DNA from: Woeseiaceae bacterium | Lineage (GTDB): Bacteria > Pseudomonadota > Gammaproteobacteria > Steroidobacterales > Woeseiaceae | Assembly (NCBI GenBank): GCA_041598995.1 | Contig: JBFHXJ010000006.1 | Span: forward strand, 2,033 to 66,032 | Length of the DNA: 64,000 nucleotides | Direction: 5' to 3' | In this document: positions 10,206-19,854 of the stretch, piece after piece | Numbering within the stretch: position 1 is the first letter of the stretch | Layout of the letters: every line of letters starts with the position of its first letter | Translations under genes and position numbers: made by a program | Notes under the pieces: model-generated | The model's database searches: none | What the model saw: the letters and a program-made list of their open reading frames with translations, nothing else | Told to the model about the DNA's origin: nothing

Positions 10206-10976
10206 ATGGAATCTATCCAGAAACTGCTTGAGATCATGGCAAGCTTGCGTCACCCGAAGGATGGGTGTCCCTGGGACCTCGGGCAGGATTTCGCGACGAT
10301 CGCGCCGTATACGATCGAGGAGGCCTACGAGGTCGCCGATGCGATCGCCCGTGACGATCTCGTCGGCTTGCGGGATGAGCTCGGCGATCTGCTATTCCAG
10401 GTCGTATTCCACGCCCGCATGGCCGAGGAGCGGCAGGCATTCGATTTCGAGGCGGTGGCAGCCGCGATTTGCGACAAGATGATCCGCCGCCATCCGCATG
10501 TGTTCGGCTCGGCCACAGAACGGCAAAAAGGACCACAAGCCGGCGCCTGGCATCGCATCAAGGCATCCGAGCGCGAGCAGGAAAACGGCGACGCCAGCGC
10601 GCTGGATGGCGTTGCCGTGGCGCTCCCGGCGCTCAAACGCGCCCAGAAACTCGGTAAGCGGGCTGCCGGCGTCGGCTTCGACTGGCCCGATGCGTCAGGT
10701 CCGCGGGACAAGATCGACGAGGAGCTCGAGGAACTGGATACGGCCATCGAAGGCAGCCGTGCCGCGGAATCGGCGGAAGAGCTCGGCGATCTTCTGTTTG
10801 CGGTGGCCAACCTGGCGCGTCACCTGAAAATCGACCCCGAGGAGGCGCTCCAGGCCGCCAATCGCAAGTTCGAACGGCGCTTTCGCGAGATGGAGCGGGA
10901 CCTGGCCGCGTCCGGCCGGCGCATCGAAGAGATGGATATCGACACGCTCGAGACCCATTGGCAGAAAACCAAATAG
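10206..10976 (+). CDS. mazG: nucleoside triphosphate pyrophosphohydrolase MazG
   Basis: Two MazG EExxE-type repeats are present ('TIEEAYEVADAI', 'EELGDLLF' twice). Also 'CPWD' near the N-terminus. Length is 256 aa. Confidence 0.9.
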   Translation: MESIQKLLEIMASLRHPKDGCPWDLGQDFATIAPYTIEEAYEVADAIARDDLVGLRDELGDLLFQVVFHARMAEERQAFDFEAVAAAICDKMIRRHPHVFGSATERQKGPQAGAWHRIKASEREQENGDASALDGVAVALPALKRAQKLGKRAAGVGFDWPDASGPRDKIDEELEELDTAIEGSRAAESAEELGDLLFAVANLARHLKIDPEEALQAANRKFERRFREMERDLAASGRRIEEMDIDTLETHWQKTK

Positions 10977-11119
10977 GGCCTTGACCCTGTTTACCTATCG
11001 TTCAGCTTTCGGCCAACAACAGGCATTGACGTTCAGCCAGCGTTCATTGCAACCGGTCTAAGCTTCGTCCCAGGCTCGGAGGAATTACCGGGTCGCGTAT
11101 CTTGAGACGGAGAACGACC

Positions 11120-11680
11120 ATGAAACTGAAACCCTGGATGACGACCATATCGACTTCGGCGATCGCGTCGCTGCTCCTGGTTGTTAGCCCGGCTAACGCC
11201 GGACACTCGAACGCGGTCTATGACTACGCCCGCGTACTGAGCGTTGAGCCGGTCATTCGATACGTGACCGTCACGACGCCCGTCAGGGAGTGCTGGGACG
11301 ATGTGACGACTTACACGGCCAGCCATTACAACTCGGGCAAGGCCGGCAAGGCCCTGTTTGGCGCGATTCTGGGCGGTGTTATCGGACACCAGTTCGGCAG
11401 CGGCAGGGGCAACGACGCGGCCACCGTGGCCGGTGCGCTGATCGGCGCCGGCGTTGCCAGCAATGCAAGCCGGCACGAGCCGGATTATTACACGACCCAC
11501 CATTCGCGCCCGGTTCGGCGCTGCGAGACGACCTACCAGTCTCATGAGGAAGAGCGAGTCGACGGCTATGAGGTGATCTACGCCTACAACGGCCGCAAGT
11601 ACGCCACCCGGACGCCGTACGATCCCGGTAAACGCATCAGAATCCGGGTCGACGTGCGACCCGCGCCTTATTCAAGGTGA
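11120..11680 (+). CDS. glycine-zipper 2TM outer-membrane protein
   Basis: Has a signal peptide and the 'AILGGVIGHQFGSGRGNDAATVAGALIGAGVA' glycine zipper. The ATG at 11120 follows a GGAGA RBS. The track ORF starts earlier, at TTG 11102. Confidence 0.7.
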   Translation: MKLKPWMTTISTSAIASLLLVVSPANAGHSNAVYDYARVLSVEPVIRYVTVTTPVRECWDDVTTYTASHYNSGKAGKALFGAILGGVIGHQFGSGRGNDAATVAGALIGAGVASNASRHEPDYYTTHHSRPVRRCETTYQSHEEERVDGYEVIYAYNGRKYATRTPYDPGKRIRIRVDVRPAPYSR

Positions 11681-11753
11681 CCGCAAACCACCGGGCCGAC
11701 TTGTGACGAGTCCCGTTGCAATCGGCCCGGTGACATACCACACTTGCCGGACC

Positions 11754-12053
11754 ATGCGCCTCCTCTCGACATTGCTGCTCGCGACGATCCTGATGACCAT
11801 CAGTTCTCAGGGTATTGCGGCGCGCCTCAAGCAAGCCGTCGCCGATGAGCCCGCCAATCCCGCGGTCTCCACTATGCAAAGCGACGGGGTCGACCTAAAC
11901 CAAGCCGTCGAGCAGGTCCGGCGCCAGTGCAACGGCCGCATCGTCAGCGCAGTAACCAAGCGCAGCGGTAACCGCGAAACCCATGAAATCAAGTGCCTGA
12001 CGGAGGACGGCAAGGTCAGGACATTCCGGGTTCCGGGCAAGCGAAACGGCTAA
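11754..12053 (+). CDS. small secreted PepSY-like protein
   Basis: The signal peptide 'MRLLSTLLLATILMTISSQGIAA' starts at an internal ATG. The C-terminal 'GRIVSAVTKRSGNRETHEIKCLTEDGKVRTFRV' is PepSY-like. The gene lies directly upstream of a two-component pair. Confidence 0.55.
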   Translation: MRLLSTLLLATILMTISSQGIAARLKQAVADEPANPAVSTMQSDGVDLNQAVEQVRRQCNGRIVSAVTKRSGNRETHEIKCLTEDGKVRTFRVPGKRNG

Positions 12054-12068
12054 GCGCGAGGCAAAGCC

Positions 12069-12755
12069 ATGCGCCTCCTGGTTATCGAAGACGACGCAAC
12101 CCTGCGTGAATCCCTCTGCCGGCAGCTGAAAGACCTGGGCTTCGGCATGGAGCAGGCGGCAGACGGCAAAGAGGGCCTGTATTTCGCCCTCGAGTACCCG
12201 GTCGATCTCGCCATCGTCGATCTGGGATTGCCGGAGCTGTCGGGCATCGATTTGATCAAGGAAGTGCGGGCGAAGGGCAAGACTTACCCGATACTTATCC
12301 TGACAGCGCGCGACCGCTGGCAGGACAAGGTGGACGGACTCAGCGCCGGCGCTGACGTCTATGTCGTCAAGCCGTTTCACTTCGAGGAACTGTCAGCAAG
12401 GGTCAATGCGCTGCTTCGCAGGAGCGGCGGCTGGGCATCGTCGCTATTGAGCGCGGGCCCGGTACAACTCGACACGGCGAGGCAGGAGCTCAAGGTGAAT
12501 GGCTCCTTGATAGAGCTGACCAGTTTCGAATACCGCATCATCGAGCACCTGATGATTCGGGCGGGCGAGGTTATTTCTAAGACGGAACTTACCGATCGCC
12601 TGTATGACCAGGATTACGAAAGAGACAGCAATGTCATCGAAGTATTCATCGGCCGCCTGCGCAAGAAGATGGATCCGGATAACACCTTGCAACCTATCGA
12701 AACACTGCGCGGACGCGGATATCGCTTTGCACTAGCGCGTAATCAAGAGCAGTGA
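12069..12755 (+). CDS. OmpR/PhoB-family response regulator (PhoP-like)
   Basis: The receiver domain shows 'MRLLVIEDD', 'DLAIVDLGLP' and 'ILILTARD'. A winged-helix C-terminus shows 'IETLRGRGYRF'. Confidence 0.92.
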   Translation: MRLLVIEDDATLRESLCRQLKDLGFGMEQAADGKEGLYFALEYPVDLAIVDLGLPELSGIDLIKEVRAKGKTYPILILTARDRWQDKVDGLSAGADVYVVKPFHFEELSARVNALLRRSGGWASSLLSAGPVQLDTARQELKVNGSLIELTSFEYRIIEHLMIRAGEVISKTELTDRLYDQDYERDSNVIEVFIGRLRKKMDPDNTLQPIETLRGRGYRFALARNQEQ

Positions 12756-14131
12756 CCAGGCTAGCGCCTATGTCGTCGCTCAGCGCGCGACTTCTAATCT
12801 CCGTCACATTACTTCTCGTACTTTTTTTTGGCGCAACGATCGTTGTGCTGGATTCCGCGTTTCGCGAAGCCGGTGAGCAAGCACAGGAAGACATTCTAGA
12901 CGGCATGCTGATCGCGCTGATTGCCGAAGCCGAACCCAATGAGAAAGGCGAACTCGAAATGCCGTTCGAATTGCGCGAACCGCGATTCGGAAATCTCGGC
13001 TCCGGCCTGTACGGCGCCCTCCATGACCACAGCGGTAAACCGGTCTGGACCTCGCGTTCCTCGCTCGGACTGAACGTGCCCTACGGGCCGCCACCGGAGC
13101 CGGGAACCAACCGCTTTGCGCGCCTGGTTCTCGAAGACGGCACGCCGCTCATGTCGCTGAGCCTTTCCGTGCAATGGGAACTCAACAACGGTGAGCTCAA
13201 GCCCTATACCTTCAATGTCGCACAGAGTCTCGATTCGTTTAATGCCCAGGTCGCGCGATTCAGGCAACAGCTTTTTACCTGGTTTGCGGCCGTCGCTGTG
13301 ATCATGTTGTCGTCGATCTCGTTCGTCATGCGCGGACTGCTCCGGCCATTGCGTCAGATCGAATCCGAGATCAGCGAAGTGGAGGAGGGCAAGCGACAAA
13401 CGTTGTCGGACGATTTTCCGACCGAACTGACCGCCGTCGCCCGCAATATGAACCTGCTGATCGGCAGCGAACGGGCGCGCGCCGAGCGCTATCGGAATAC
13501 GCTCGACAATCTCGCACATAGTCTGAAAACCCCGCTTGCTGCAATTCGTTCAGTCCTCTCGGAGCGGGAAACCGATGCATTGACGGAACGCGTGGAATCG
13601 CAGATCGAGCGCATGGACGATATCGTCCGCTACCAGTTACGCAAGCCGGCGACCATACACACGGAGACCGTCGGCGTCGCGTCATTTCCGGTGAGCCGCG
13701 AACTCGAGCGGTTAGTCGACGGGTTATCCAAGGTCTACAAGGACAAGAACCCGAGGATCGATCTCGACGTCACGGAAGGCATCCGCTTTCATGGCGAGCG
13801 GGGCGACTTTCTCGAGGTCTCCGGAAACCTGCTCGACAATGCCTGCAAGTGGTGCAGGCAGCAGGTGCGCTTGACGATCCGGCCGGTTCAGAAAGACAAC
13901 GTCGAGAGCGGCGGCATGACGATGACGGTCGAGGACGACGGCCCGGGAATTCCGGCCGAAGCGGCCGGCGCGCTCATGCAGCGCGGCACCCGTCTCGACG
14001 AGACGGCGCCCGGACACGGTATCGGGCTGGCAGTCGTCAAGGACATCGCCGCCTCCTACGGCGGCGATGTGAGGATAGCGAAATCCGTTCTCGGTGGTGC
14101 CAGAATTACGGTCAGCATATCGCCGCCGTAA
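12752..14131 (+). CDS. sensor histidine kinase (PhoQ-like)
   Basis: Two TM segments flank a periplasmic domain. The H-box 'NLAHSLKTPLAAI', N-box 'LLDNACKW' and G-boxes 'DDGPGIP' / 'GHGIGLAVV' are present. The GTG start overlaps the response-regulator stop (GTGA). Confidence 0.9.
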   Translation: MTRLAPMSSLSARLLISVTLLLVLFFGATIVVLDSAFREAGEQAQEDILDGMLIALIAEAEPNEKGELEMPFELREPRFGNLGSGLYGALHDHSGKPVWTSRSSLGLNVPYGPPPEPGTNRFARLVLEDGTPLMSLSLSVQWELNNGELKPYTFNVAQSLDSFNAQVARFRQQLFTWFAAVAVIMLSSISFVMRGLLRPLRQIESEISEVEEGKRQTLSDDFPTELTAVARNMNLLIGSERARAERYRNTLDNLAHSLKTPLAAIRSVLSERETDALTERVESQIERMDDIVRYQLRKPATIHTETVGVASFPVSRELERLVDGLSKVYKDKNPRIDLDVTEGIRFHGERGDFLEVSGNLLDNACKWCRQQVRLTIRPVQKDNVESGGMTMTVEDDGPGIPAEAAGALMQRGTRLDETAPGHGIGLAVVKDIAASYGGDVRIAKSVLGGARITVSISPP

Positions 14132-14138
14132 TCGGGTC

Positions 14139-14900
14139 CTATTTCTTTTCGCCGTCGCCCATATCTATCAGCGGCTTGATGAGATCGAGCGGCAGCGAGA
14201 ACACGATCGTATTGGTCTTGTCGCCCGCCACCTCTTTCATCGTCTGCAGGTAGCGCAGTTGCAATGCCTGTTTCTGCGTTGACAGCATGTTCGCAGCTTC
14301 GACAAGCATGCTCGCAGCCTGCTTTTCACCTTCGGCGTTGATGACCTTCGCGCGCCTGGAGCGCTCCGCCTCTGCCTGCTGCGCGATCGCCCGAATCATG
14401 CTCTCGTCAAGATCGACGTGCTTGATTTCGACGTTGGCGACCTTGATTCCCCAGTTGTCGGTGCGCTGGTCGAGGATCGCCTGGATATCGGCATTCAGCT
14501 TGTCGCGCTCCGCGAGCATGTCATCCAGCTCGTGTTGGCCGAGCACCGAGCGTAGCGTGGTCTGCGACAACTGGCTCGTCGCTTCGAAGACGTTGGCGAC
14601 CTGTATTACGGCCTTCTCCGGATCGACGATTCGGAAATAGATAACGGCGTTGACCTTGACGGATACATTGTCGCGGGAGATGACGTCCTGCGTCGGTACA
14701 TCCATGACGATGACGCGGAGATCGACTTTCGTCATCGTCTGGATAAAAGGGATCAGGATGATCAGTCCCGGCCCTTTCACCTTGTAAAAACGACCGAGGA
14801 AGAAAATGACGCCGCGCTCATATTCTTTCAGGATTTTGATCGTATTGACCGCGATTATGATGACAATCGCGACAATGAGGCCAATCGTTGCTAGTCCCAT
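14139..14900 (-). CDS. SPFH/stomatin (slipin) family protein
   Basis: N-terminal TM segment followed by '[13 protein letters not shown]', '[25 protein letters not shown]', 'VEIKHVDL'. Confidence 0.9.
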   Translation of the reverse strand: MGLATIGLIVAIVIIIAVNTIKILKEYERGVIFFLGRFYKVKGPGLIILIPFIQTMTKVDLRVIVMDVPTQDVISRDNVSVKVNAVIYFRIVDPEKAVIQVANVFEATSQLSQTTLRSVLGQHELDDMLAERDKLNADIQAILDQRTDNWGIKVANVEIKHVDLDESMIRAIAQQAEAERSRRAKVINAEGEKQAASMLVEAANMLSTQKQALQLRYLQTMKEVAGDKTNTIVFSLPLDLIKPLIDMGDGEKK

Positions 14901-14918
14901 CGATGTTCCTTTGCGTTT

Positions 14919-16388
14919 CTAGGTTTGCAGTTCCGCCCCGGTTTCTTCCGATGCGGTAACGGGTTCGATCTTCAAGGTCAGCCCCATGAGATCGAGTACG
15001 AGTACTTTCTGATCCTTTTCGACGGGCCTGGTGCTTATTGCGGACCAGGCCTCGCCCTCGAGCCATACCTTGCCTTCGCCGACGAAGGATTCCATCGCGA
15101 CTCCATTGCTGCCGATGATCCTGTCCCTGCCACTGACTGCGCCCTGTTTCCTCGCCTTGACCAGATAGCTGACGAGCCACAGGAGGAGTAATCCGGCAAC
15201 GAGCCCCATGCCGATGACGAATGTTACCGAGATGCCGAAACCAGGTATGCCACTGTCAAACATCATTATTGATCCGAATATGATCGCCGCAATTCCACCG
15301 ATCCCGAGCGCACCGAAGCTGGGAACGAATGCCTCCGCAGTTATCAGGGCAAGACCGACGAGAATCAAGGCCAGACCGGCGTAATTTACCGGCAGCACCT
15401 GCAATGCATAGGCAGCGAGCAGCAGACAGATGATGCCCGCGACACCCGGAATGATAGCGCCGGGGTTGTATCCTTCAAACAACAGGCCATAAAGACCGAC
15501 CATCAGCAGCAATATGGCAATTTCGGGTTTTGCGATGGTGCTGAGTACCTTTAATCGCCAACCGGGTTCGACAACTTCAATGACCAGGTTTTCCGCGTCG
15601 ATCGTGAAAGGCTTGTTGTTGAGCAAGACTTCACGCCCGTTGATCGCCTCCAGCAATTCGTCCTGGTCAGCAGCGATCAGGTCGATAACGTTTAAGTCGA
15701 GTGCCTCGGTGGCGGTCAGCGTTGCCGCCTCTCGCACCGCTCTTTCTGCCCAGTCCGCATTCCTGCCGTGTGCCTCCGCGAGGCCGCGAATGTAGGCGAT
15801 GGCGTCATTCATTACCTTGCGGTCCATGGCGCCGCCCGGCGCTGCGGGTTCTTTCTCCGTCTCCTTGGCCTTGTCGTCATCTGCGGATTCGGATTCATCC
15901 GCACCCTCGGCGTCCTTGTCCTCGCGCGCCGGCGGAGCGAACGGGTTCGGACGCTTCGAATCGCCATCGTCGCCGATCAGCTGCACCGGTGTCGCCGCAC
16001 CGAGATGCGTCGTCGGCGCCATCGCCGCGACGTGACTCGCCAGCAGTATGTAGGTGCCGGCGCTGTCGGCCCTGGCACCGCCCGGCGCGACCCACGTGAC
16101 CACCGGCACGCTCGAGGCAAGTATGGCCTGCACGATATCGCGCATGGGCTCCATGAGCCCGCCAGGCGTATCCATGCGAATAATGACGAGGCTGGCGTTC
16201 TCTTTCTCGGCGTCTTCGATGCCGGTAACGATGTATTCGGCGGTTGCGACACCGAGAGCGCCCTCGATATCGAGCAACACCGCCTTGCCGTCTGCCCAGG
16301 CCACCGTGACGAACGAGAAGCCGGCGACACAAGTCAGCACGGCGATACGGCGAAGCCAATCAGCGTGTCGGGTGGTACGTTTCATCAT
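14919..16388 (-). CDS. NfeD-family membrane-bound ClpP-class serine protease
   Basis: It lies upstream of and co-oriented with the stomatin gene (18-nt gap). A ClpP-like domain ('RMDTPGG', 'SAGTYILLAS') is followed by multiple TM segments and a C-terminal OB-like tail. The start is set at 'MMKRTT' (16388); the track ORF extends to 16418. Confidence 0.85.
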   Translation of the reverse strand: MMKRTTRHADWLRRIAVLTCVAGFSFVTVAWADGKAVLLDIEGALGVATAEYIVTGIEDAEKENASLVIIRMDTPGGLMEPMRDIVQAILASSVPVVTWVAPGGARADSAGTYILLASHVAAMAPTTHLGAATPVQLIGDDGDSKRPNPFAPPAREDKDAEGADESESADDDKAKETEKEPAAPGGAMDRKVMNDAIAYIRGLAEAHGRNADWAERAVREAATLTATEALDLNVIDLIAADQDELLEAINGREVLLNNKPFTIDAENLVIEVVEPGWRLKVLSTIAKPEIAILLLMVGLYGLLFEGYNPGAIIPGVAGIICLLLAAYALQVLPVNYAGLALILVGLALITAEAFVPSFGALGIGGIAAIIFGSIMMFDSGIPGFGISVTFVIGMGLVAGLLLLWLVSYLVKARKQGAVSGRDRIIGSNGVAMESFVGEGKVWLEGEAWSAISTRPVEKDQKVLVLDLMGLTLKIEPVTASEETGAELQT

Positions 16389-16417
16389 ACGATTATAATA
16401 GCAGGGCTTATTCCTCA

Positions 16418-16918
16418 TTGAGTCATGAAATGTTTATCAGGTTCATCACGACGGGCGGTACGATCGACAAAATCTACTTCGACGAAATAAGTCAATTCGA
16501 GGTAGGCGAATCCCTCGTGCAACATATTCTAACCGAGGGTCTCGTGAATTTTGACTACGAGGTTGTTTCGTTGTTCCGCAAGGACAGTCTGGAAATTACG
16601 TATGCGGACCGCAAAAAGCTGAGGGAATACATCGAAGGTGACGACGCCGAACATTTCGTGATCAGCCATGGTACCGACACGATGGCCGACACCGCGCAGG
16701 CACTGCAAGGCATTCCGGCGAAGACCATCGTCCTGACGGGCTCGCTGAGCCCGGCGCGGTTCAAGACAAGTGATGCGGTATTCAATGTCGGCATGGCGGT
16801 CGCTGCCGTGCAGACGCTGCGACCGGGCGTCTATCTGGCAATGAACGGCAGGGTATTCGAAGCGGGGAAGGTGCGCAAGAATCTCGAAAAGAACTGCTTT
16901 GAAGCGGTGGTTGAATAA
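16418..16918 (+). CDS. single-domain asparaginase-like protein (N-terminal domain only)
   Basis: Both asparaginase N-domain threonine motifs are present ('ITTGGTIDK' and 'ISHGTDTMADTA'). The protein is only 166 aa. The start may be TTG 16418 or ATG 16430. Confidence 0.75.
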   Translation: MSHEMFIRFITTGGTIDKIYFDEISQFEVGESLVQHILTEGLVNFDYEVVSLFRKDSLEITYADRKKLREYIEGDDAEHFVISHGTDTMADTAQALQGIPAKTIVLTGSLSPARFKTSDAVFNVGMAVAAVQTLRPGVYLAMNGRVFEAGKVRKNLEKNCFEAVVE

Positions 16919-17017
16919 CGCGACCGCCAGTTCCTGGCACTAAAGGTCAGTTTGCACCGATCCGCAGCGAGCGGAATGCGCATTGCGGGCAAACTGGGCT
17001 TTAGCCGCGATTCAAAT

Positions 17018-18535
17018 TCACAGATCGAAATTGATACCCTGCGCCAGCGGCAAGTCGCTGCCGAAATTGATCGTATTGGTCTGCCGCCGCATATACGCCT
17101 TCCAGGCATCGGAACCTGCCTCACGCCCGCCGCCGGTTTCCTTCTCGCCGCCGAACGCGCCGCCGATCTCGGCGCCGGATGTTCCGATATTGACGTTAGC
17201 GATGCCGCAGTCCGATCCTGCATGGGACAGGAAATATTCGGCATGTTGCAGGTTGTCAGTAAAGACTGCAGAAGAAAGACCCTGTGCGACGCCGTTATGC
17301 AGGCGAATCGCCTCGTCGAGGTCGTCGCAGGAAATCAGGTAAAGGATCGGCGCGAAGGTCTCGGTCTGCACGATGTCCCAGTCATTTTCCGCCACCGCGA
17401 TAACCGGCTCGACGAAATTGCCGGGCCTGTCGAGGCGCTTGCCTCCGCAGAGTATGTCGCCGCCGGCTTGCCTGACGGCGGCGATCGCAGCATCCAGCCG
17501 GTCCATCGCCGATGCATCGATGAGCGGCCCCATCAGCGTATCGCTATCCAGCGGATCCCCGATGCGAACCTGTGCATACGCGGCAACCAGGCGTTCTTGC
17601 AGTTCTGCCATGCGCGATTCGTGGCAGATAACGCGCCGCGTCGTCGTGCACCGCTGGCCGGCGGTGCCAACGGATCCGAAGACGATCGCTGGCACGGCGA
17701 TGTCGAGATTCGCGAATTCGTCCACGATGATGGCATTATTGCCGCCGAGCTCGAGCAATACCTTACCCATACGGCGCGCCACGCGTTCGCCGACTTTTCT
17801 GCCGACCGCGCAGGAACCGGTGAACGACACGAGATCGACGCGATCGTCGTCGACAAACTTGCGAGCGAGCTCGTTGCTGCCGTCGTTGATGAGGTAGAAG
17901 ATCTCCGGGTACCCCGCGTCGGCAAGCGCTGCGTTACAGATTTTTTGCACGGCGACGCTGCAGAGCGGCGTCTTCGGTGACGGTTTCCAGATACTGATGT
18001 TGCCGCAGACTGCCGCGATACAGGCGTTCCATGACCAGACGGCGACAGGAAAATTGAACGCCGTAATGATTCCGACGAGACCGAGCGGGTGCCACTGCTC
18101 GTACATTCGATGATGCGGGCGTTCGGAATGCATCGTCTTGCCATACAACATGCGCGACTGCCCGACTGCGAAATCGGCGATGTCGATCATCTCCTGCACT
18201 TCGCCATCGCCTTCGACCTTGATCTTCCCCATCTCCAGAGTCACGAGGCTGCCGAGTGCATCCTTGTTGTCGCGCAACGCATCCCCGACGAGCCTTACGG
18301 CTTCACCACGGGCGGGTGCCGGTATCTTGCGCCATGCGAGGAACGACTCCCGCGCATGGGCGATCAGTCTTTCGTACTCGGCCTCGGTGGTCGAACGTAC
18401 ACTCGCGATCGGCTCACCGTCCGCCGGATTGACGGATTCGATGAGCGGAGCCGACTTATCCTCCAGGGGCCTCGATCCCAGCCAGGTCCCGGGATTGGTT
18501 TTTGACAGATCGAGTCGTTTCAGGATTTTCTTCAT
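17018..18535 (-). CDS. aldehyde dehydrogenase, ALDH7 / piperideine-6-carboxylate (aminoadipate-semialdehyde) dehydrogenase-like
   Basis: '[10 protein letters not shown]' and '[12 protein letters not shown]' (catalytic Cys) are present. The ALDH7-type N-terminus '[14 protein letters not shown]' is present. Length is 505 aa. Confidence 0.85.
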   Translation of the reverse strand: MKKILKRLDLSKTNPGTWLGSRPLEDKSAPLIESVNPADGEPIASVRSTTEAEYERLIAHARESFLAWRKIPAPARGEAVRLVGDALRDNKDALGSLVTLEMGKIKVEGDGEVQEMIDIADFAVGQSRMLYGKTMHSERPHHRMYEQWHPLGLVGIITAFNFPVAVWSWNACIAAVCGNISIWKPSPKTPLCSVAVQKICNAALADAGYPEIFYLINDGSNELARKFVDDDRVDLVSFTGSCAVGRKVGERVARRMGKVLLELGGNNAIIVDEFANLDIAVPAIVFGSVGTAGQRCTTTRRVICHESRMAELQERLVAAYAQVRIGDPLDSDTLMGPLIDASAMDRLDAAIAAVRQAGGDILCGGKRLDRPGNFVEPVIAVAENDWDIVQTETFAPILYLISCDDLDEAIRLHNGVAQGLSSAVFTDNLQHAEYFLSHAGSDCGIANVNIGTSGAEIGGAFGGEKETGGGREAGSDAWKAYMRRQTNTINFGSDLPLAQGINFDL

Positions 18536-18545
18536 TGTCGTCTCG

Positions 18546-19703
18546 CTATGAACTGCGCTGATGTCCGGTCTCGCCGCGCGCCACCAGTTCGGCAGATAGC
18601 TGGCTCGAGCCGCCGTGCTCGTAGTACTCGCCGAAGCGGTTCTCCAGGATGTTCTTCAGGCTGAATTCCTCCTGCGCGATAAATCCCTTGTGCTTCCTGG
18701 GACTCTGCAGGATTCGGTCCATCACACTGCAGACGCCCGCCGCCGTCGTGATCTGGATCGCCGACCACAGGCGGCCGGCAACGACTTCCGGATACACCTT
18801 GTTGACGTAATTCTCTTCCCGTAGCTCTCCGTCCTGCAGCCCGGTCACCGCCGCGTAAATGATGACGACATCCTGCAATGTCTGCGGCACGGCATTCTCC
18901 AGGATCCGCTTCAGCGTCGGGCGATCGTCATTCAGTTTCAGGCCGTTCATCAGCAACCGGATCTGTTCACAATGGCCGGGGTAACGAATCGTCTTGTAGT
19001 TCATCGTCGTTACGCGACCTTCATAGGTCTCTGCGAGCGAGCCGAGCCCGCCCGAGGTATTGAAAGCCTCGTACAGCGTGCCATCGATCTCAATCTCCTC
19101 GAGTCCTTCGAGCGGCAGCACGTCCACTTCCTTGCCATCGATGATGCTCTGGCACGGATTGCCGTATTCGTTGATCACACCGTCGGTCGACCAGGTCAAC
19201 GAATACTTCAGAACGTTGTTCGGATGCTGTGGCAATGCGCCGACACGAAGCTTGACGGAGCGCAGGTCATCGAAATGCTGGATGAGCTCATTCGCGGCGA
19301 TACTGATGAATCCCGGCGCCAGACCGCATTGCGGCACGAACACGGTTTCCGCGCCCTCGGCCAGCTTACGCACGGCCTTCGTCACCTCGACATCCTCGGT
19401 GAGGTCGAAGTAATGAAGATTTTCCCGGCGAGCCAATTCGGCGACCGCCACGTTGCAGTAATACGGCAGGCCGGAAACGACGGCGACCGGCTTCAGTTTC
19501 CTCACGTGCGTCTCGAGGCGCTTGCCGTCGGTCGCATCGAAGGTGAACGCCTGGATGTTATCGAGTCCGTGCGCCTTGACGACCGCCTCGGCCGCGCCTT
19601 TGTGCCTGTCCACAAGCTGGACCCGGTAATCGCCGCATCCGGCGAGCAGCCCACTAATCAGCGCGCCGATCTTACCGGCGCCCAGAACCAGGATATCTTG
19701 CAT
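18546..19703 (-). CDS. saccharopine dehydrogenase-family enzyme (L-lysine 6-dehydrogenase-like)
   Basis: The Rossmann motif '[17 protein letters not shown]' lies right after the internal ATG at 19703, which follows a GAGGTGA RBS. The track ORF extends to 19874 and would run into the divergent DAHP synthase gene. It lies 10 nt upstream of the ALDH7 gene. Confidence 0.8.
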   Translation of the reverse strand: MQDILVLGAGKIGALISGLLAGCGDYRVQLVDRHKGAAEAVVKAHGLDNIQAFTFDATDGKRLETHVRKLKPVAVVSGLPYYCNVAVAELARRENLHYFDLTEDVEVTKAVRKLAEGAETVFVPQCGLAPGFISIAANELIQHFDDLRSVKLRVGALPQHPNNVLKYSLTWSTDGVINEYGNPCQSIIDGKEVDVLPLEGLEEIEIDGTLYEAFNTSGGLGSLAETYEGRVTTMNYKTIRYPGHCEQIRLLMNGLKLNDDRPTLKRILENAVPQTLQDVVIIYAAVTGLQDGELREENYVNKVYPEVVAGRLWSAIQITTAAGVCSVMDRILQSPRKHKGFIAQEEFSLKNILENRFGEYYEHGGSSQLSAELVARGETGHQRSS

Positions 19704-19854
19704 AGGATCACCTCGATCGGAAGGCGCGCATTGTGCCAATGTCGCAGACTGCCCGCCAGTATCTTCGCCGGGCCAGGCTCCAAGCGACTGTTTGGCGGCG
19801 AGTCTTTTGCTACCATTGCTGATCGTTTTTTGGACATCGGGAACCTGGATCAGC

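Noticed and set aside
8967-10253. 428-aa minus-strand ORF
   Set aside because: It is antisense to fumC, the Nudix gene and the mazG start, and it crosses gene boundaries. It is low-complexity and Arg/Ser-rich with no motifs.
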